Of a stretch of DNA of 63,187 nt, positions 8,862 to 17,208 are shown one piece after another. The notes beneath the pieces are model-generated. The model was not told the origin of the DNA, ran no database searches, and worked only from the letters and a program-made list of their open reading frames with translations. The translations under genes and the position numbers were made by a program. Each line of letters opens with the position of its first letter. Position 1 is the first letter of the stretch. The stretch comes from Candidatus Parvarchaeota archaeon (GTDB lineage: Archaea; Nanobdellota; Nanobdellia; WJKC01), in contig JAFCFT010000010.1 in assembly GCA_017608505.1 (NCBI GenBank), forward strand, positions 1 to 63,187, read 5' to 3'.

Positions 8862-8990
8862 GCCGGAGTAGCTCAGTTTGGCTAGAGCGCAAGGCTCATG
8901 AGCGGTTACTCTGTTGAGTAACCTTGAGGTCGTGGGTTCAAAAGCCAGAGAGGGAGGAGCTTCTTGGATTTGGAAATCCCACCTCCGGCA
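8862..8990 (+). tRNA. tRNA-Met/Ile2-type (anticodon CAU) with two introns
   Basis: Acceptor GCCGGAG/CTCCGGC, D arm GCTC..GAGC, anticodon stem CAAGG/CCTTG enclosing CTCAT plus a ~20-nt intron (within 8900..8920). T stem GTGGG/CCCAC, with the T-loop interrupted by a 34-nt intron (8943..8976). Confidence 0.85.
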
Positions 8991-9028
8991 TAACAATCCT
9001 TATTAAAAAGCAACTAATAAAAAAATTG

Positions 9029-10027
9029 ATGCCTTCGACAACTAAAGTTGGGCACGAAGCAGAAAAAAACATCATAGAGTGCTTCTACGAAAACAAAGGC
9101 GTGATACAAAGACATGGAAGAAAAAGATACATAATCGATCCAGAAAAGTTGTATACCAACATAAAATTAACAATCTGCAGCAAGAAGTTGACTGAGCAGG
9201 ACTGCGCTGCGACTTTGAAAAGAAAGTCAAGACTTATAAGATTTCTCAACAAATTATTTTATGTAAAAGACGAAGTGCAGGTTTTTATACAAAGCAAAAA
9301 ATACAATAAAAGAGTTTCTTTTGAAAAAGTTCTTCATGACTTGGTGCATACTCTTATGAGCGCTAAAATAGGCGAAAACATTATTAAAGGAACATACATT
9401 GTGGAAGAAGAAAGAACAGATCCTCTGCTTGAGAAAGTGCTTGAAAGCGCTTTTAGGGTTAAGATTCTTACAAGAAAAGAATTTGAAAACAAGCACAGTT
9501 TAATAGAATTAATTGGAAAAAATAAAATTTCATGCAACAAGTATGCTCCTGAAAAAGAACAAGAGTACGCTGTTATGCTTGGCGAAATGTACTTGCTTGA
9601 TCACAGAAAATGGATAAAACCATGCTTAAAATTAAAAAATGTCATTAATGTTGACACAGTGTACCAAGAAAATAAGGAAACTCTTGAAGAGAAATTATGG
9701 GCTCCACGCGACTTTTTAAATCCTGAGATATACTTATATGTAGCATCTGCTGGCATAAGCCCAAAAGGAAGAAAATTTCTTGAGTTTGCAAATGTCAAGT
9801 CAGTAAATTACACTAAATTAAACAATGTGCTAAAAAAAGGCAGGTTGTTTAAAGAGTTTGAAAAAATAAAATACAGCCCATTTGGCATAGGCGAGATTGC
9901 AATTGGAGAAGTCAAGTCAAATCTTTATGCAAAACTTGACGAGTTAAATTACGACTCAAAATATGGGAAAAGCAAATTAATAAATTATAAAACGTTGCAG
10001 AATGCGATAAATAGATTCATTAAATAA
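9029..10027 (+). CDS. hypothetical protein
   Basis: ORF-track 8924 start overlaps the tRNA. The first ATG downstream of the tRNA is at 9029. No recognisable motif. Confidence 0.55.
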   Translation: MPSTTKVGHEAEKNIIECFYENKGVIQRHGRKRYIIDPEKLYTNIKLTICSKKLTEQDCAATLKRKSRLIRFLNKLFYVKDEVQVFIQSKKYNKRVSFEKVLHDLVHTLMSAKIGENIIKGTYIVEEERTDPLLEKVLESAFRVKILTRKEFENKHSLIELIGKNKISCNKYAPEKEQEYAVMLGEMYLLDHRKWIKPCLKLKNVINVDTVYQENKETLEEKLWAPRDFLNPEIYLYVASAGISPKGRKFLEFANVKSVNYTKLNNVLKKGRLFKEFEKIKYSPFGIGEIAIGEVKSNLYAKLDELNYDSKYGKSKLINYKTLQNAINRFIK

Positions 10028-11023
10028 TTATATCATTAAAGCAGCAATTAGCAAAGATTGCGACCAACCAAGAGGCGTATTTTCATTGTGTTCGACACCA
10101 TCTGCATAATATAATTCTGGAAGCTCTCCTTTTTCGTTCATTGCATTAAGCGCTTTTTGAACGTATTCTTTGTATTTTGCAAAGTTGCCCATTTGCTTGT
10201 AAATTATGGCAAGCCAAGGAAAACCCATAGTCCATTGAGCTTCGCCGCCTTTATTGTAATACTTATCGCCAATATAGCGGATTACTCCTTTTTCGCGGAC
10301 CAACTCGCGTTCGATGTTAGAAAGAATTGTTAATGCCTGTTTTTTTGAAACAACATTAAAAGGGTATATAAGTGAAAGCAAAGCCAGATCAACATGCTTT
10401 GATTTTGATTCGCAAGGCAAAAGTTCGCGCAAGGCAACCATTCCCTTTTTGATTAAGTCCTCTGGGACGTCAAAAAAAGGCTTTATTTTTTCAAGGCCTG
10501 CAACGCAAGCACCTATAGAAGATGCGTGCACTTCTTCTGCTTCTTCCCACATGCCATTGTCTGGGTCGTGCCAATATTCAATGCTCCTTAAATAATAAAC
10601 TAATTTTTGAACTATTCTTCTATCATTTATGTCTCTTAAGACATTGATGCCTTTTGAAAGGCAATCTCCTATTTTCCACAATAAAAACCCAACAGCATCA
10701 TTTTGTTTATTTCCCCATTCGTCCCAGTATTCTTCAAGGGTTAAGGGATTGTAACGAGCATGAATGTATTGATACGCGTATACTGGCTTATTATTTATTG
10801 CCCAGTCTATTTTTCCTTCGTGCTTTAACAAGATGTTTAAAAGCGAATGTATCACACGAATAGCAGTTTCTTGATTTACAAATTCGAGACCAAGCGTCAC
10901 ATACAAATTATCGCGAATCCATGCTTTATCATACCCAGTTTTAGCATTAGGAGACGCGGCACTAAATAATCCCGTCTCCCTTCTCAAATTCATTAAATGA
11001 GCTACGCATAAACTAACTACCAT
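10028..11023 (-). CDS. glycoside hydrolase family 15-like (glucoamylase-related) protein
   Basis: AWIRDNLY, GMWEE...HASSIGACVAGL and PELY motifs of the GH15 (alpha/alpha)6 barrel. Short (331 aa). Confidence 0.65.
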   Translation of the reverse strand: MVVSLCVAHLMNLRRETGLFSAASPNAKTGYDKAWIRDNLYVTLGLEFVNQETAIRVIHSLLNILLKHEGKIDWAINNKPVYAYQYIHARYNPLTLEEYWDEWGNKQNDAVGFLLWKIGDCLSKGINVLRDINDRRIVQKLVYYLRSIEYWHDPDNGMWEEAEEVHASSIGACVAGLEKIKPFFDVPEDLIKKGMVALRELLPCESKSKHVDLALLSLIYPFNVVSKKQALTILSNIERELVREKGVIRYIGDKYYNKGGEAQWTMGFPWLAIIYKQMGNFAKYKEYVQKALNAMNEKGELPELYYADGVEHNENTPLGWSQSLLIAALMI

Positions 11024-11066
11024 GGAAATTAAAAAGTGTATTTAAAGGCGTATATAAAATTTGCGG

Positions 11067-11504
11067 TCATTCTTGAAATTGATAAATTACATTTGTTATG
11101 TCTTTTCCAGACAAGATGTCGCTTACAGCTTTGCTGATCTTTTCAGGCACAATTTCTTTGTTATATTTATTTATTTTTTCGATAAAATCAGACAAATTTT
11201 TAAAAGGAGCATAGCATTCAGGGTCAAAAGTTCCAATTTCTGTTCTCATAGAATACTCGCGAAAATCAAGCGTAAAAACATAATTTTTTGCATATTCTAA
11301 AAGTTTTGCCTTTAGTGATTGTTCTAAAGCTTCTGACTCTTCTTTAATCATATCTTTTAATTTTGTCCTTTTATTAGAATAAATTTCTTTAATTCTTTTA
11401 ATTTTAGTTTCTTCTTCAAAATCCAATTTTTTTAATTCATTATCGTATTTTGTTTTTAATTCAAACAATTCATCGCCTAATTGGCTTATTTCATCAAAAT
11501 CCAT
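11067..11504 (-). CDS. hypothetical coiled-coil protein
   Basis: 145-aa charged ORF in a co-directional gene string. Confidence 0.45.
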   Translation of the reverse strand: MDFDEISQLGDELFELKTKYDNELKKLDFEEETKIKRIKEIYSNKRTKLKDMIKEESEALEQSLKAKLLEYAKNYVFTLDFREYSMRTEIGTFDPECYAPFKNLSDFIEKINKYNKEIVPEKISKAVSDILSGKDITNVIYQFQE

Positions 11505-11544
11505 ATTATTTTTTTCTTAATACTATTTTAAATACTTTTATATT

Positions 11545-11826
11545 CTATTCAACACTTTCCATAAACTCTAAAAGCAAAAGCCCTTTTCTTTTAATCTCGC
11601 TTGGCGAGTAGTAATCAAGCACATTAACTTTGTTTACTTTTTTTACCACTTTTCTAACTTCTCTGCCAGTATAACGCTTTGATTTAGGGTCCCACTCTTT
11701 AAACACAATTATGTCATCTTCTGAAACTTTAAAGTCGTTTAGCCTAATATCGCAATTGCGTTGCCCCATAAGCAAAGATTCAAAATTCTTTGGCCACACC
11801 TTCTTTTTAATTTCGCGTACTGTCAT
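11545..11826 (-). CDS. ASCH/DUF3850-like PUA-fold protein
   Basis: KKVWPKNFESLLMGQRNCDIRLNDFKVSEDDIIVFKEWDPKSKRYTGRE matches the DUF3850 pattern. ATG at 11826 chosen to avoid overlap with the upstream gene. Confidence 0.65.
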   Translation of the reverse strand: MTVREIKKKVWPKNFESLLMGQRNCDIRLNDFKVSEDDIIVFKEWDPKSKRYTGREVRKVVKKVNKVNVLDYYSPSEIKRKGLLLLEFMESVE

Positions 11827-11866
11827 GATAAAAATAATAAGTTTCAAATGTAATAAAGCTTTCCTT

Positions 11867-12316
11867 TTAAAACTTAAATTCAAAATCGCCTTTATACGCC
11901 TTTCCAAGAACTAAAAAAGATACTGTGTCAAAAACATCATTAAACAAATCAACTATTTCTGGAATCTTATAAAAGTTAACATAAAATGATTCGATATCTG
12001 CGCCTTTGAGTGGCACAATTTTCTTTTCAATGGCGTCCAAAGGCCAACTTCTAATTCTAAAAAATTCTTTTGACTTATTATATACGCCCACCGTATTTGT
12101 GTCAAGCAACCCTTCCAGTTCTTTGTAAAGGTCTCTATTGCGCTCTTTAGCATAATCTCTTAAAATTAGATAAACAGGTTTTTCCACTAGCGCATATAAT
12201 GCGTCTCTTTTAAAATTTTTTGAAGTGATGTCTAATTTAAGAAAATCTTCGATGCAAGCACCAAGATACTTGCTAATTTTGCTTGCATAATCAAACTTTA
12301 ATTCTTCAAGATTCAT
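11867..12316 (-). CDS. hypothetical protein
   Basis: 149-aa ORF with no recognisable motif. Confidence 0.45.
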   Translation of the reverse strand: MNLEELKFDYASKISKYLGACIEDFLKLDITSKNFKRDALYALVEKPVYLILRDYAKERNRDLYKELEGLLDTNTVGVYNKSKEFFRIRSWPLDAIEKKIVPLKGADIESFYVNFYKIPEIVDLFNDVFDTVSFLVLGKAYKGDFEFKF

Positions 12317-12401
12317 TTTTAAAAAGATTATTGAAAAACTAATTAATAAATCTTTTTAAAATAAGATGATTATTAGAAAAACAAAAAGTGGGGCCGTAGT
12401 C

Positions 12402-12436
12402 GCCAGGGGCTATTCGCCCCTTAGGCCCTAACCCCA
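12402..12436 (+). other. GC-rich hairpin element related to the tRNA-Ser T-loop intron
   Basis: GCCAG-GGGGC-TATTC-GCCCC-T-TAGGCCCTA-ACCCCA parallels GCCAG-AGA-GGGGG-TACGTTT-CCCCC-TCCC-TAGGCCCTA-CCCACCCCC of the intron at 47113..47190. The stem-closing pair is changed in a compensatory way. Confidence 0.6.
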
Positions 12437-12495
12437 AGAAGAATGGATTAAAAAGATTAGAAAAACAAAAAGTGGGGCCGTAGTCAGAAGAATGG

Positions 12496-12504
12496 ATTAA
12501 AAAG
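12496..12504 (+). promoter_or_regulatory. candidate TATA-like box for tRNA-Pro (repeated in each 49-bp unit)
   Basis: ATTAAAAAG about 20-27 nt upstream of the tRNA 5' end. A similar A/T box precedes the 4047 copy. Confidence 0.3.
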
Positions 12505-12522
12505 ATTAGAAAAACAAAAAGT

Positions 12523-12685
12523 GGGGCCGTAGTCTAGCCTGGTCTAGGACCCGCGGTTAGGGACCAACCCTTTTCCGCTTCGCGCAAAAGCGTTGACGGA
12601 AAAAAAGAAACTTTGGGTTGGCTAAACACCGCGAGACCCCGGTTCAAAGCCACGAAGATCTTGGTTGGAAATCCGGGCGGCCTCA
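12523..12685 (+). tRNA. tRNA-Pro (spliced anticodon reads AGG) with two introns
   Basis: Exons and T-loop intron (12649..12671) are identical to the 4047 gene except T34->A34 (loop TTAGGGA). A 65-nt highly structured intron follows the anticodon (about 12563..12628; the junction is ambiguous over 37/38 to 40/41). Confidence 0.8.
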
Positions 12686-12716
12686 CTTTAATATTAAAAA
12701 TAAAAAGAAAGAATAT

Positions 12717-12824
12717 TTACCAATCTTCGTCTAAATCATCTTCTTCTCCCCAATCTTCTTCTGGCTCTTCATCCCACTCCTCGTCCTCGTCATAGTCATC
12801 GTATCCATAATCTTCGAATGACAT
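12717..12824 (-). CDS. possible 35-aa hyper-acidic mini-protein
   Basis: ATG...TAA ORF MSFEDYGYDDYDEDEEWDEEPEEDWGEEDDLDEDW, below the ORF-track cutoff. No other support. Confidence 0.2.
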   Translation of the reverse strand: MSFEDYGYDDYDEDEEWDEEPEEDWGEEDDLDEDW

Positions 12825-12895
12825 AAAAGTTAAAGACAGAGTAAGTGACTTATAAAATTTTTCATTAGGAAAGTATTTAAAGAATTAATGAATAT

Positions 12896-13732
12896 TTATT
12901 TTAACTCTTCTAATAATTTGGATATGTCTGTGTTTGGCTTTTGGATTAAAAGCGTTTGCTTTGCAATTACTGGATAACGCTCTTGGTATGTCTTTTCTTT
13001 TGACACAAAAAAGATGCCGATGGGTATTTTATTGCCCCACTCCATGGCGCGCTTGATTGCTTCAAGTCTTGTGGGCAAAGGTTTTTTCAGTTCGTAGATG
13101 CGCTTAGAATACCAGTCATACGTATTTAACTTGTTCCAAGTAACGCATGGCTGAAGCACATCAAGCAATGCAGCGCCTTTGTGCGCGATTGCTTTTTTCA
13201 TCAATTCTTTTAATTGAGATGGGTTGCCTGCAAAACCTCTTGCTACAAAAGTTGCGCCTGCAGACAAAGCAAGCATGATGGGATTTATTGCTTTTTCAAT
13301 AACACCGTAAGGGGTTGTTTTAGTAACAAAGCCTTCGTCGCTTGTTGGAGAAGCCTGGCCTTTTGTTAAAGCATATATTTGATTATTATGAACAATATAT
13401 GTGACATCTATATTGCTCCTGCAAAAATGAATAAAATGATTGGTGCCTTCAGCATATCCGTCTCCGTCGCCTCCGCAAGCAATGACAGTTAATTTGTGGT
13501 TAGTAAGTTTTACGCCTTCTGCAAGAGGAAGGAGCCTGCCATGCAGGCCATTGAATGCGTAAGTTCTAATCCATTGAGAAATTTTGCTAGAGCACCCAAT
13601 GCCGCTTGTGATTACTACTTCGTGAGGTTTTAATTTTAATTCTTTAAGCGCTGCTTTAAGAGAATTCCATATGGCATAATTCCCGCATCCAGGACACCAA
13701 TTTGGAACTCCTTTTGTGTCAAGATAGCTCAT
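12896..13732 (-). CDS. 2-oxoacid:ferredoxin oxidoreductase, beta subunit
   Basis: WCPGCGNY, TPP-binding GGDGDG block, 4-nt overlap with the alpha subunit. Confidence 0.9.
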   Translation of the reverse strand: MSYLDTKGVPNWCPGCGNYAIWNSLKAALKELKLKPHEVVITSGIGCSSKISQWIRTYAFNGLHGRLLPLAEGVKLTNHKLTVIACGGDGDGYAEGTNHFIHFCRSNIDVTYIVHNNQIYALTKGQASPTSDEGFVTKTTPYGVIEKAINPIMLALSAGATFVARGFAGNPSQLKELMKKAIAHKGAALLDVLQPCVTWNKLNTYDWYSKRIYELKKPLPTRLEAIKRAMEWGNKIPIGIFFVSKEKTYQERYPVIAKQTLLIQKPNTDISKLLEELK

Positions 13733-15480
13733 GCAAAGACCTCCTTAATTTCATCAAAAATATCCTCAGGATTAAAAGGCCTGCCATCGTATTTTAGTAT
13801 GTATTTGTCAATCTTTAAGCAAGTGTGCTCTTTAATTAAGCTGCCAAGCTGGGAATTCATATTTTGTTCAATAATAATTAATTTGTCAAAATCACCTAGT
13901 TTGTTTAAGAATTCTTCTTTAGGAAAAGGGTGCAGTATCTTAAATTGCAGGAATTTTGTGTTAATATTTGCGTCTTTTAGAAATTTCATTGCTTGAAGAA
14001 TGATTCCTTTTGTTGAGCCCCAAGAAACAATGGCAGTTTTAAAATTCTTGTCGCCAAAAATTTCAACGCATGAATTTTTTAGGTATTCTTTTAATGCATT
14101 AAGTTTCCTGGCTCTTTTATCAGCCATTAAAGTCCTTTTCTTTGGGGATTCAATAATGTTTCCTTCTTCGTCATGCTCGTCTCCTATTGCGCAGTAAAAT
14201 CCGCCGCGCACACCAGGAACAGGTCTTGGAGAAATTCCAGATTCAGTTATTTTATAACGCTTGAATTTGTGTAGAGCGCCAGGGTCTTTTAAAGGCTTTA
14301 AAAGCAGTTCGCCCCTGTCTATAGCGTACTTACTAGCGTTAAATTCTTTTGTAGTCACAAGTGAAGTTGCCAAGTACTTATCAGTCAGCATTATTACAGG
14401 TATTTGGAAGCGCTCTGCAATATTAAATCCCAATAGCGTTAAATTAAAGCAATCGTGCACATCTCCAGGTGCAATAACGCAGCGTTCAAATTCGCCGTGG
14501 CCTGCATGTATTACGTATCTTAACTCTCCTTGTGCTGTCCTTGTAGGCAACCCAGTGGCAGGGCCTGGCCGCTGCGCAAGGACTATAAATACTGGAGTTT
14601 CAGAACTTCCTGCAAGGCTGAGAGTTTCGTTCATCAAAGCAAAGCCGCCGCCGCTAGTGCAAGTCATTGAGCGCGCGCCAGCAAAAGATGCGCCTAAAGC
14701 CATGTTTAATGCAGATATTTCATCTTCTGCCTGAAAAGCAAGGATTTTATGCTCTTTTGATTTTTGGCACAAATACTCAAAAATGCCTGTTGCAGGAGTC
14801 ATTGGGTACGCAGAAATAAATCTGCACCCTGCAGCAATGGCTCCAATGCTTATTGCCAAATTTCCATTTACTAATATTTTATCTTTTGCAACAGGTTTTT
14901 TCTTGATTTTGTTCTTAAAGTCTATTCTATAATTGTCTGCTATAAAATTAAAGCCCAAGCTTATTGCTTTAAGATTGTCCTCAATTATTTTTTTGGACTT
15001 CTTTTTCTTTTTAAAAATGTTAAGTACGGCCTTTTTAATTACAGGCAGCTCAAAACCAATTAGTCCTGACGCAGCGCCTATCCCAACAATTGCCATCATT
15101 ACTTTTTTTAATCCAGGAAAGCTGGCTGCCAAGTCGCTTAATGGCATTGAAATATAATGTATGTCTTTTCTTTCTTTTTTGACATTTATTTTTGAGTCAT
15201 AAATTAAAGCGCCTTCATTTGTTATTTCGCGAATGTGTGAATTTATAGTAAGCTCGTCAAGAGCTATAAGCACGTCGACAAATTTTAAGTGAGATGTCAA
15301 TTCTTCTTCCTCAATTCTCACAGTGAATGTATTGTGACCTCCTCTAATTAAACTTGGGTACTCGCTTGTTCCATAAGCACTTAGGCCATGATGTTTTGCT
15401 ATTAATGAAAACAAATAGCCAGAAGTCATTATTCCGTAGCCTGCTTCGCCGCCAATCTTTAAGGCAAATTTATTAATCAT
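13729..15480 (-). CDS. 2-oxoacid:ferredoxin oxidoreductase, alpha (gamma-alpha fusion) subunit
   Basis: N-terminal gamma-like domain (GGEAGYGIMT) fused to an alpha domain (YPMTPAT, GGGFALM), as in two-subunit archaeal OFORs. Confidence 0.9.
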   Translation of the reverse strand: MINKFALKIGGEAGYGIMTSGYLFSLIAKHHGLSAYGTSEYPSLIRGGHNTFTVRIEEEELTSHLKFVDVLIALDELTINSHIREITNEGALIYDSKINVKKERKDIHYISMPLSDLAASFPGLKKVMMAIVGIGAASGLIGFELPVIKKAVLNIFKKKKKSKKIIEDNLKAISLGFNFIADNYRIDFKNKIKKKPVAKDKILVNGNLAISIGAIAAGCRFISAYPMTPATGIFEYLCQKSKEHKILAFQAEDEISALNMALGASFAGARSMTCTSGGGFALMNETLSLAGSSETPVFIVLAQRPGPATGLPTRTAQGELRYVIHAGHGEFERCVIAPGDVHDCFNLTLLGFNIAERFQIPVIMLTDKYLATSLVTTKEFNASKYAIDRGELLLKPLKDPGALHKFKRYKITESGISPRPVPGVRGGFYCAIGDEHDEEGNIIESPKKRTLMADKRARKLNALKEYLKNSCVEIFGDKNFKTAIVSWGSTKGIILQAMKFLKDANINTKFLQFKILHPFPKEEFLNKLGDFDKLIIIEQNMNSQLGSLIKEHTCLKIDKYILKYDGRPFNPEDIFDEIKEVFA

Positions 15481-15514
15481 TACAATGTATTAAAGAACTT
15501 CTCGAGTTATTAAT

Positions 15515-15790
15515 TTAACGCAATTCTTCGACTTCTTTTTTACCTTTTTCAAGTTCTTTTATTTGCTCTTTGTCTATTTCCAGCAATAATGCTTGAAATT
15601 CTCCAAAGTGAGTTTTTTCTTCTTTTGCAATATCCTTAAGAACTGCTTTTATATGTTTGTTTTTTGTCATTGCTGCTAATTGCTCATACAAATTTATTGC
15701 GTCAAGCTCTGCAATAATTCCTGCACGCAATATTTCTTTATCTAAATCTTTTTTATTTTTTTCAAGATTTACAGGTATTTTAGACATCAT
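15515..15790 (-). CDS. small ferritin-like (rubrerythrin/EncFtn-type) protein
   Basis: Half-ferritin motif E...DAINLYEQLA ... IAKEEKTHFGEF (E-x(n)-ExxH). Confidence 0.6.
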   Translation of the reverse strand: MMSKIPVNLEKNKKDLDKEILRAGIIAELDAINLYEQLAAMTKNKHIKAVLKDIAKEEKTHFGEFQALLLEIDKEQIKELEKGKKEVEELR

Positions 15791-15865
15791 ATCTTTTTTA
15801 TGAAAGAGTATGTTCTTAAAACATTTGCGTTAAAATTAATAACCAGCGTTTTCTCTTTTTAAAAG

Positions 15866-16780
15866 ATGAAAATAAAAATTCTTGGGGCTGACTCGCGAGG
15901 CGCAAGGAGCGTTGCCACCTTTGTGGAAACAAAAGACTTGAAAATATTCATTGATCCTGGAGTGAGTCTTGGACCAAGACGTTATGGGCTCCCCCCACAT
16001 CCTTTAGAGTACAATGCGTATAATGAGCAGTGGGATGCAATTAAAAAACATGCAAAACAGGCAGACATAATCATCATAAGCCATTATCATTATGATCACT
16101 ATAATCCGTTCGAGGACTTGGAGTTATACAAAAACAAGTTGCTTTTAGTAAAGCACCCTACAGATAAAATAAATGCGTCGCAAAAAACAAGGGCAAAAAA
16201 GTTCTTAAGAGTAATTGAAGGCGTGCCAGAAAAAATAGAATATGCTGAAGACTTTGAATACAAAAAAGGCGCAACGAAACTCTTGCTAAGCCCTGCATTT
16301 CCCCACGGCCACACAGAAAAGTTAGGGTTTGTAACAATCACAAAAATAACAGAGGGCAAAATGACATTCATGCATTCAAGCGATGTAGAAGGGCCAACAT
16401 TAAAATCCACTACAGACTGGATAATTGAAAACAACCCAAATATTTTGTGGCTTGACGGCTTGCCAACAATTTTTTTAGGATGGATGCACCCTATAAAGAA
16501 TTTGAAGCTATCTAATGATAATGAAGTAAGGATTCTTAGAGAAGCTAATAAGCTTAAGACCCTCATACTTGAGCACCACATACTTAGAGACTTAAAATAC
16601 AAAGAAAAAATAAAGCCAGTGCTTGAAGCAGCAGACGAGCTAAAAAAGCAAGTGCTTACAAGCGCAGAATTCATGGGCAAGGACAATGAGTTTTTAGAAG
16701 CCCTAAGAAAGCGCAATTGGAAAGAAAATCCTCCTCCAAAGAGTTTTAAGCCTCTAAAGAAAAAAATATTTGGGGACTAA
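15866..16780 (+). CDS. metallo-beta-lactamase-fold protein (UPF0282-like)
   Basis: HYHYDH (HxHxDH) motif. Size and layout are typical of the archaeal UPF0282 family. Confidence 0.7.
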   Translation: MKIKILGADSRGARSVATFVETKDLKIFIDPGVSLGPRRYGLPPHPLEYNAYNEQWDAIKKHAKQADIIIISHYHYDHYNPFEDLELYKNKLLLVKHPTDKINASQKTRAKKFLRVIEGVPEKIEYAEDFEYKKGATKLLLSPAFPHGHTEKLGFVTITKITEGKMTFMHSSDVEGPTLKSTTDWIIENNPNILWLDGLPTIFLGWMHPIKNLKLSNDNEVRILREANKLKTLILEHHILRDLKYKEKIKPVLEAADELKKQVLTSAEFMGKDNEFLEALRKRNWKENPPPKSFKPLKKKIFGD

Positions 16781-16782
16781 CC

Positions 16783-17208
16783 ATGAAATACGAACGTTCT
16801 GTAGGAGCTGTTGTATTTTATGATGGCGAGTTCTTAATATTGAAGTATGGGCTTGGCCATTGGGGTCTTGTTAAAGGCAATGTTGAAGCAGGAGAAAGCG
16901 AGCAAGACACTGTCTTAAGAGAGTTAAAAGAAGAAACAGGAATCACAGACGCCAAAATTATGCCTGGCTTTAAAGAAACAATTCATTATTATTATACATG
17001 GGAAGGCGAGCGCATTTCTAAAACAGTAACTTACTTTTTAATAAAGTCTGAAACAAAGAATGTAACGCTTAGTTACGAACACGATGACTACAAATGGCTC
17101 CCTTATGAAGAGGCAATAAAACAAGTAACGCATGCAAACGTAAAAAAAGTCTTAAAAAAGGCAAAGGAGTATCTTTCATCGCATAAAAGCCTTAAGGAGT
17201 TTTTCTAG
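16783..17208 (+). CDS. NUDIX hydrolase
   Basis: Nudix box GNVEAGESEQDTVLRELKEETGI. Confidence 0.85.
   Translation: MKYERSVGAVVFYDGEFLILKYGLGHWGLVKGNVEAGESEQDTVLRELKEETGITDAKIMPGFKETIHYYYTWEGERISKTVTYFLIKSETKNVTLSYEHDDYKWLPYEEAIKQVTHANVKKVLKKAKEYLSSHKSLKEFF

Larger units (their letters stand above)
12366..12534 (+). repeat. tandem array of tRNA-Pro promoter/leader plus the first 12 nt of the tRNA
   Basis: Perfect 49-bp direct repeat AGAAGAATGGATTAAAAAGATTAGAAAAACAAAAAGTGGGGCCGTAGTC at 12437..12485 and 12486..12534. A third, partial copy (TTAGAAAAACAAAAAGTGGGGCCGTAGTC) lies at 12373..12401. Only the last copy continues into a full tRNA. Confidence 0.9.

Noticed and set aside
8814-9028. ORF 8814..8996 (-) and the first 35 codons of ORF 8924..10027 (+)
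   Set aside because: Both lie on top of a well-formed tRNA (8862..8990). GC-rich tRNA DNA is open in several frames by chance. The CDS start was moved to ATG 9029.
12366-12534. Possible mini-CRISPR array
   Set aside because: The repeats are directly adjacent with no unique spacers and consist of a tRNA leader plus the tRNA 5' end. No cas genes are in the window.
4047-12685. Directly repeated tRNA-Pro genes as att sites of an 8.5-kb integrated element
   Set aside because: The intervening genes are core functions (rpl37ae, rpoN, tyrS, tRNA-Met) with no integrase. The repeats are complete paralogous genes, not partial att duplications.
12613-12795. 60-aa Ser-rich ORF on the plus strand
   Set aside because: Its 5' half is the 3' part of tRNA-Pro and the rest is low-complexity. 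It is more likely an artefact. The minus-strand acidic mini-ORF is itself only weakly supported.
14261-14734. Long antisense ORFs inside confident genes (14261..14734, 16099..16716, 34545..34946, 37413..37808, 61461..62030 and similar)
   Set aside because: Each is fully embedded opposite a gene with strong family motifs, and their sequences are low-complexity Ser/Leu/Phe-rich, as is typical of antisense frames.
15515-16780. Encapsulin nanocompartment locus
   Set aside because: Only the ferritin-like cargo-type gene is present. The neighbour is an HxHxDH metallo-beta-lactamase-fold protein, not an HK97-fold shell.
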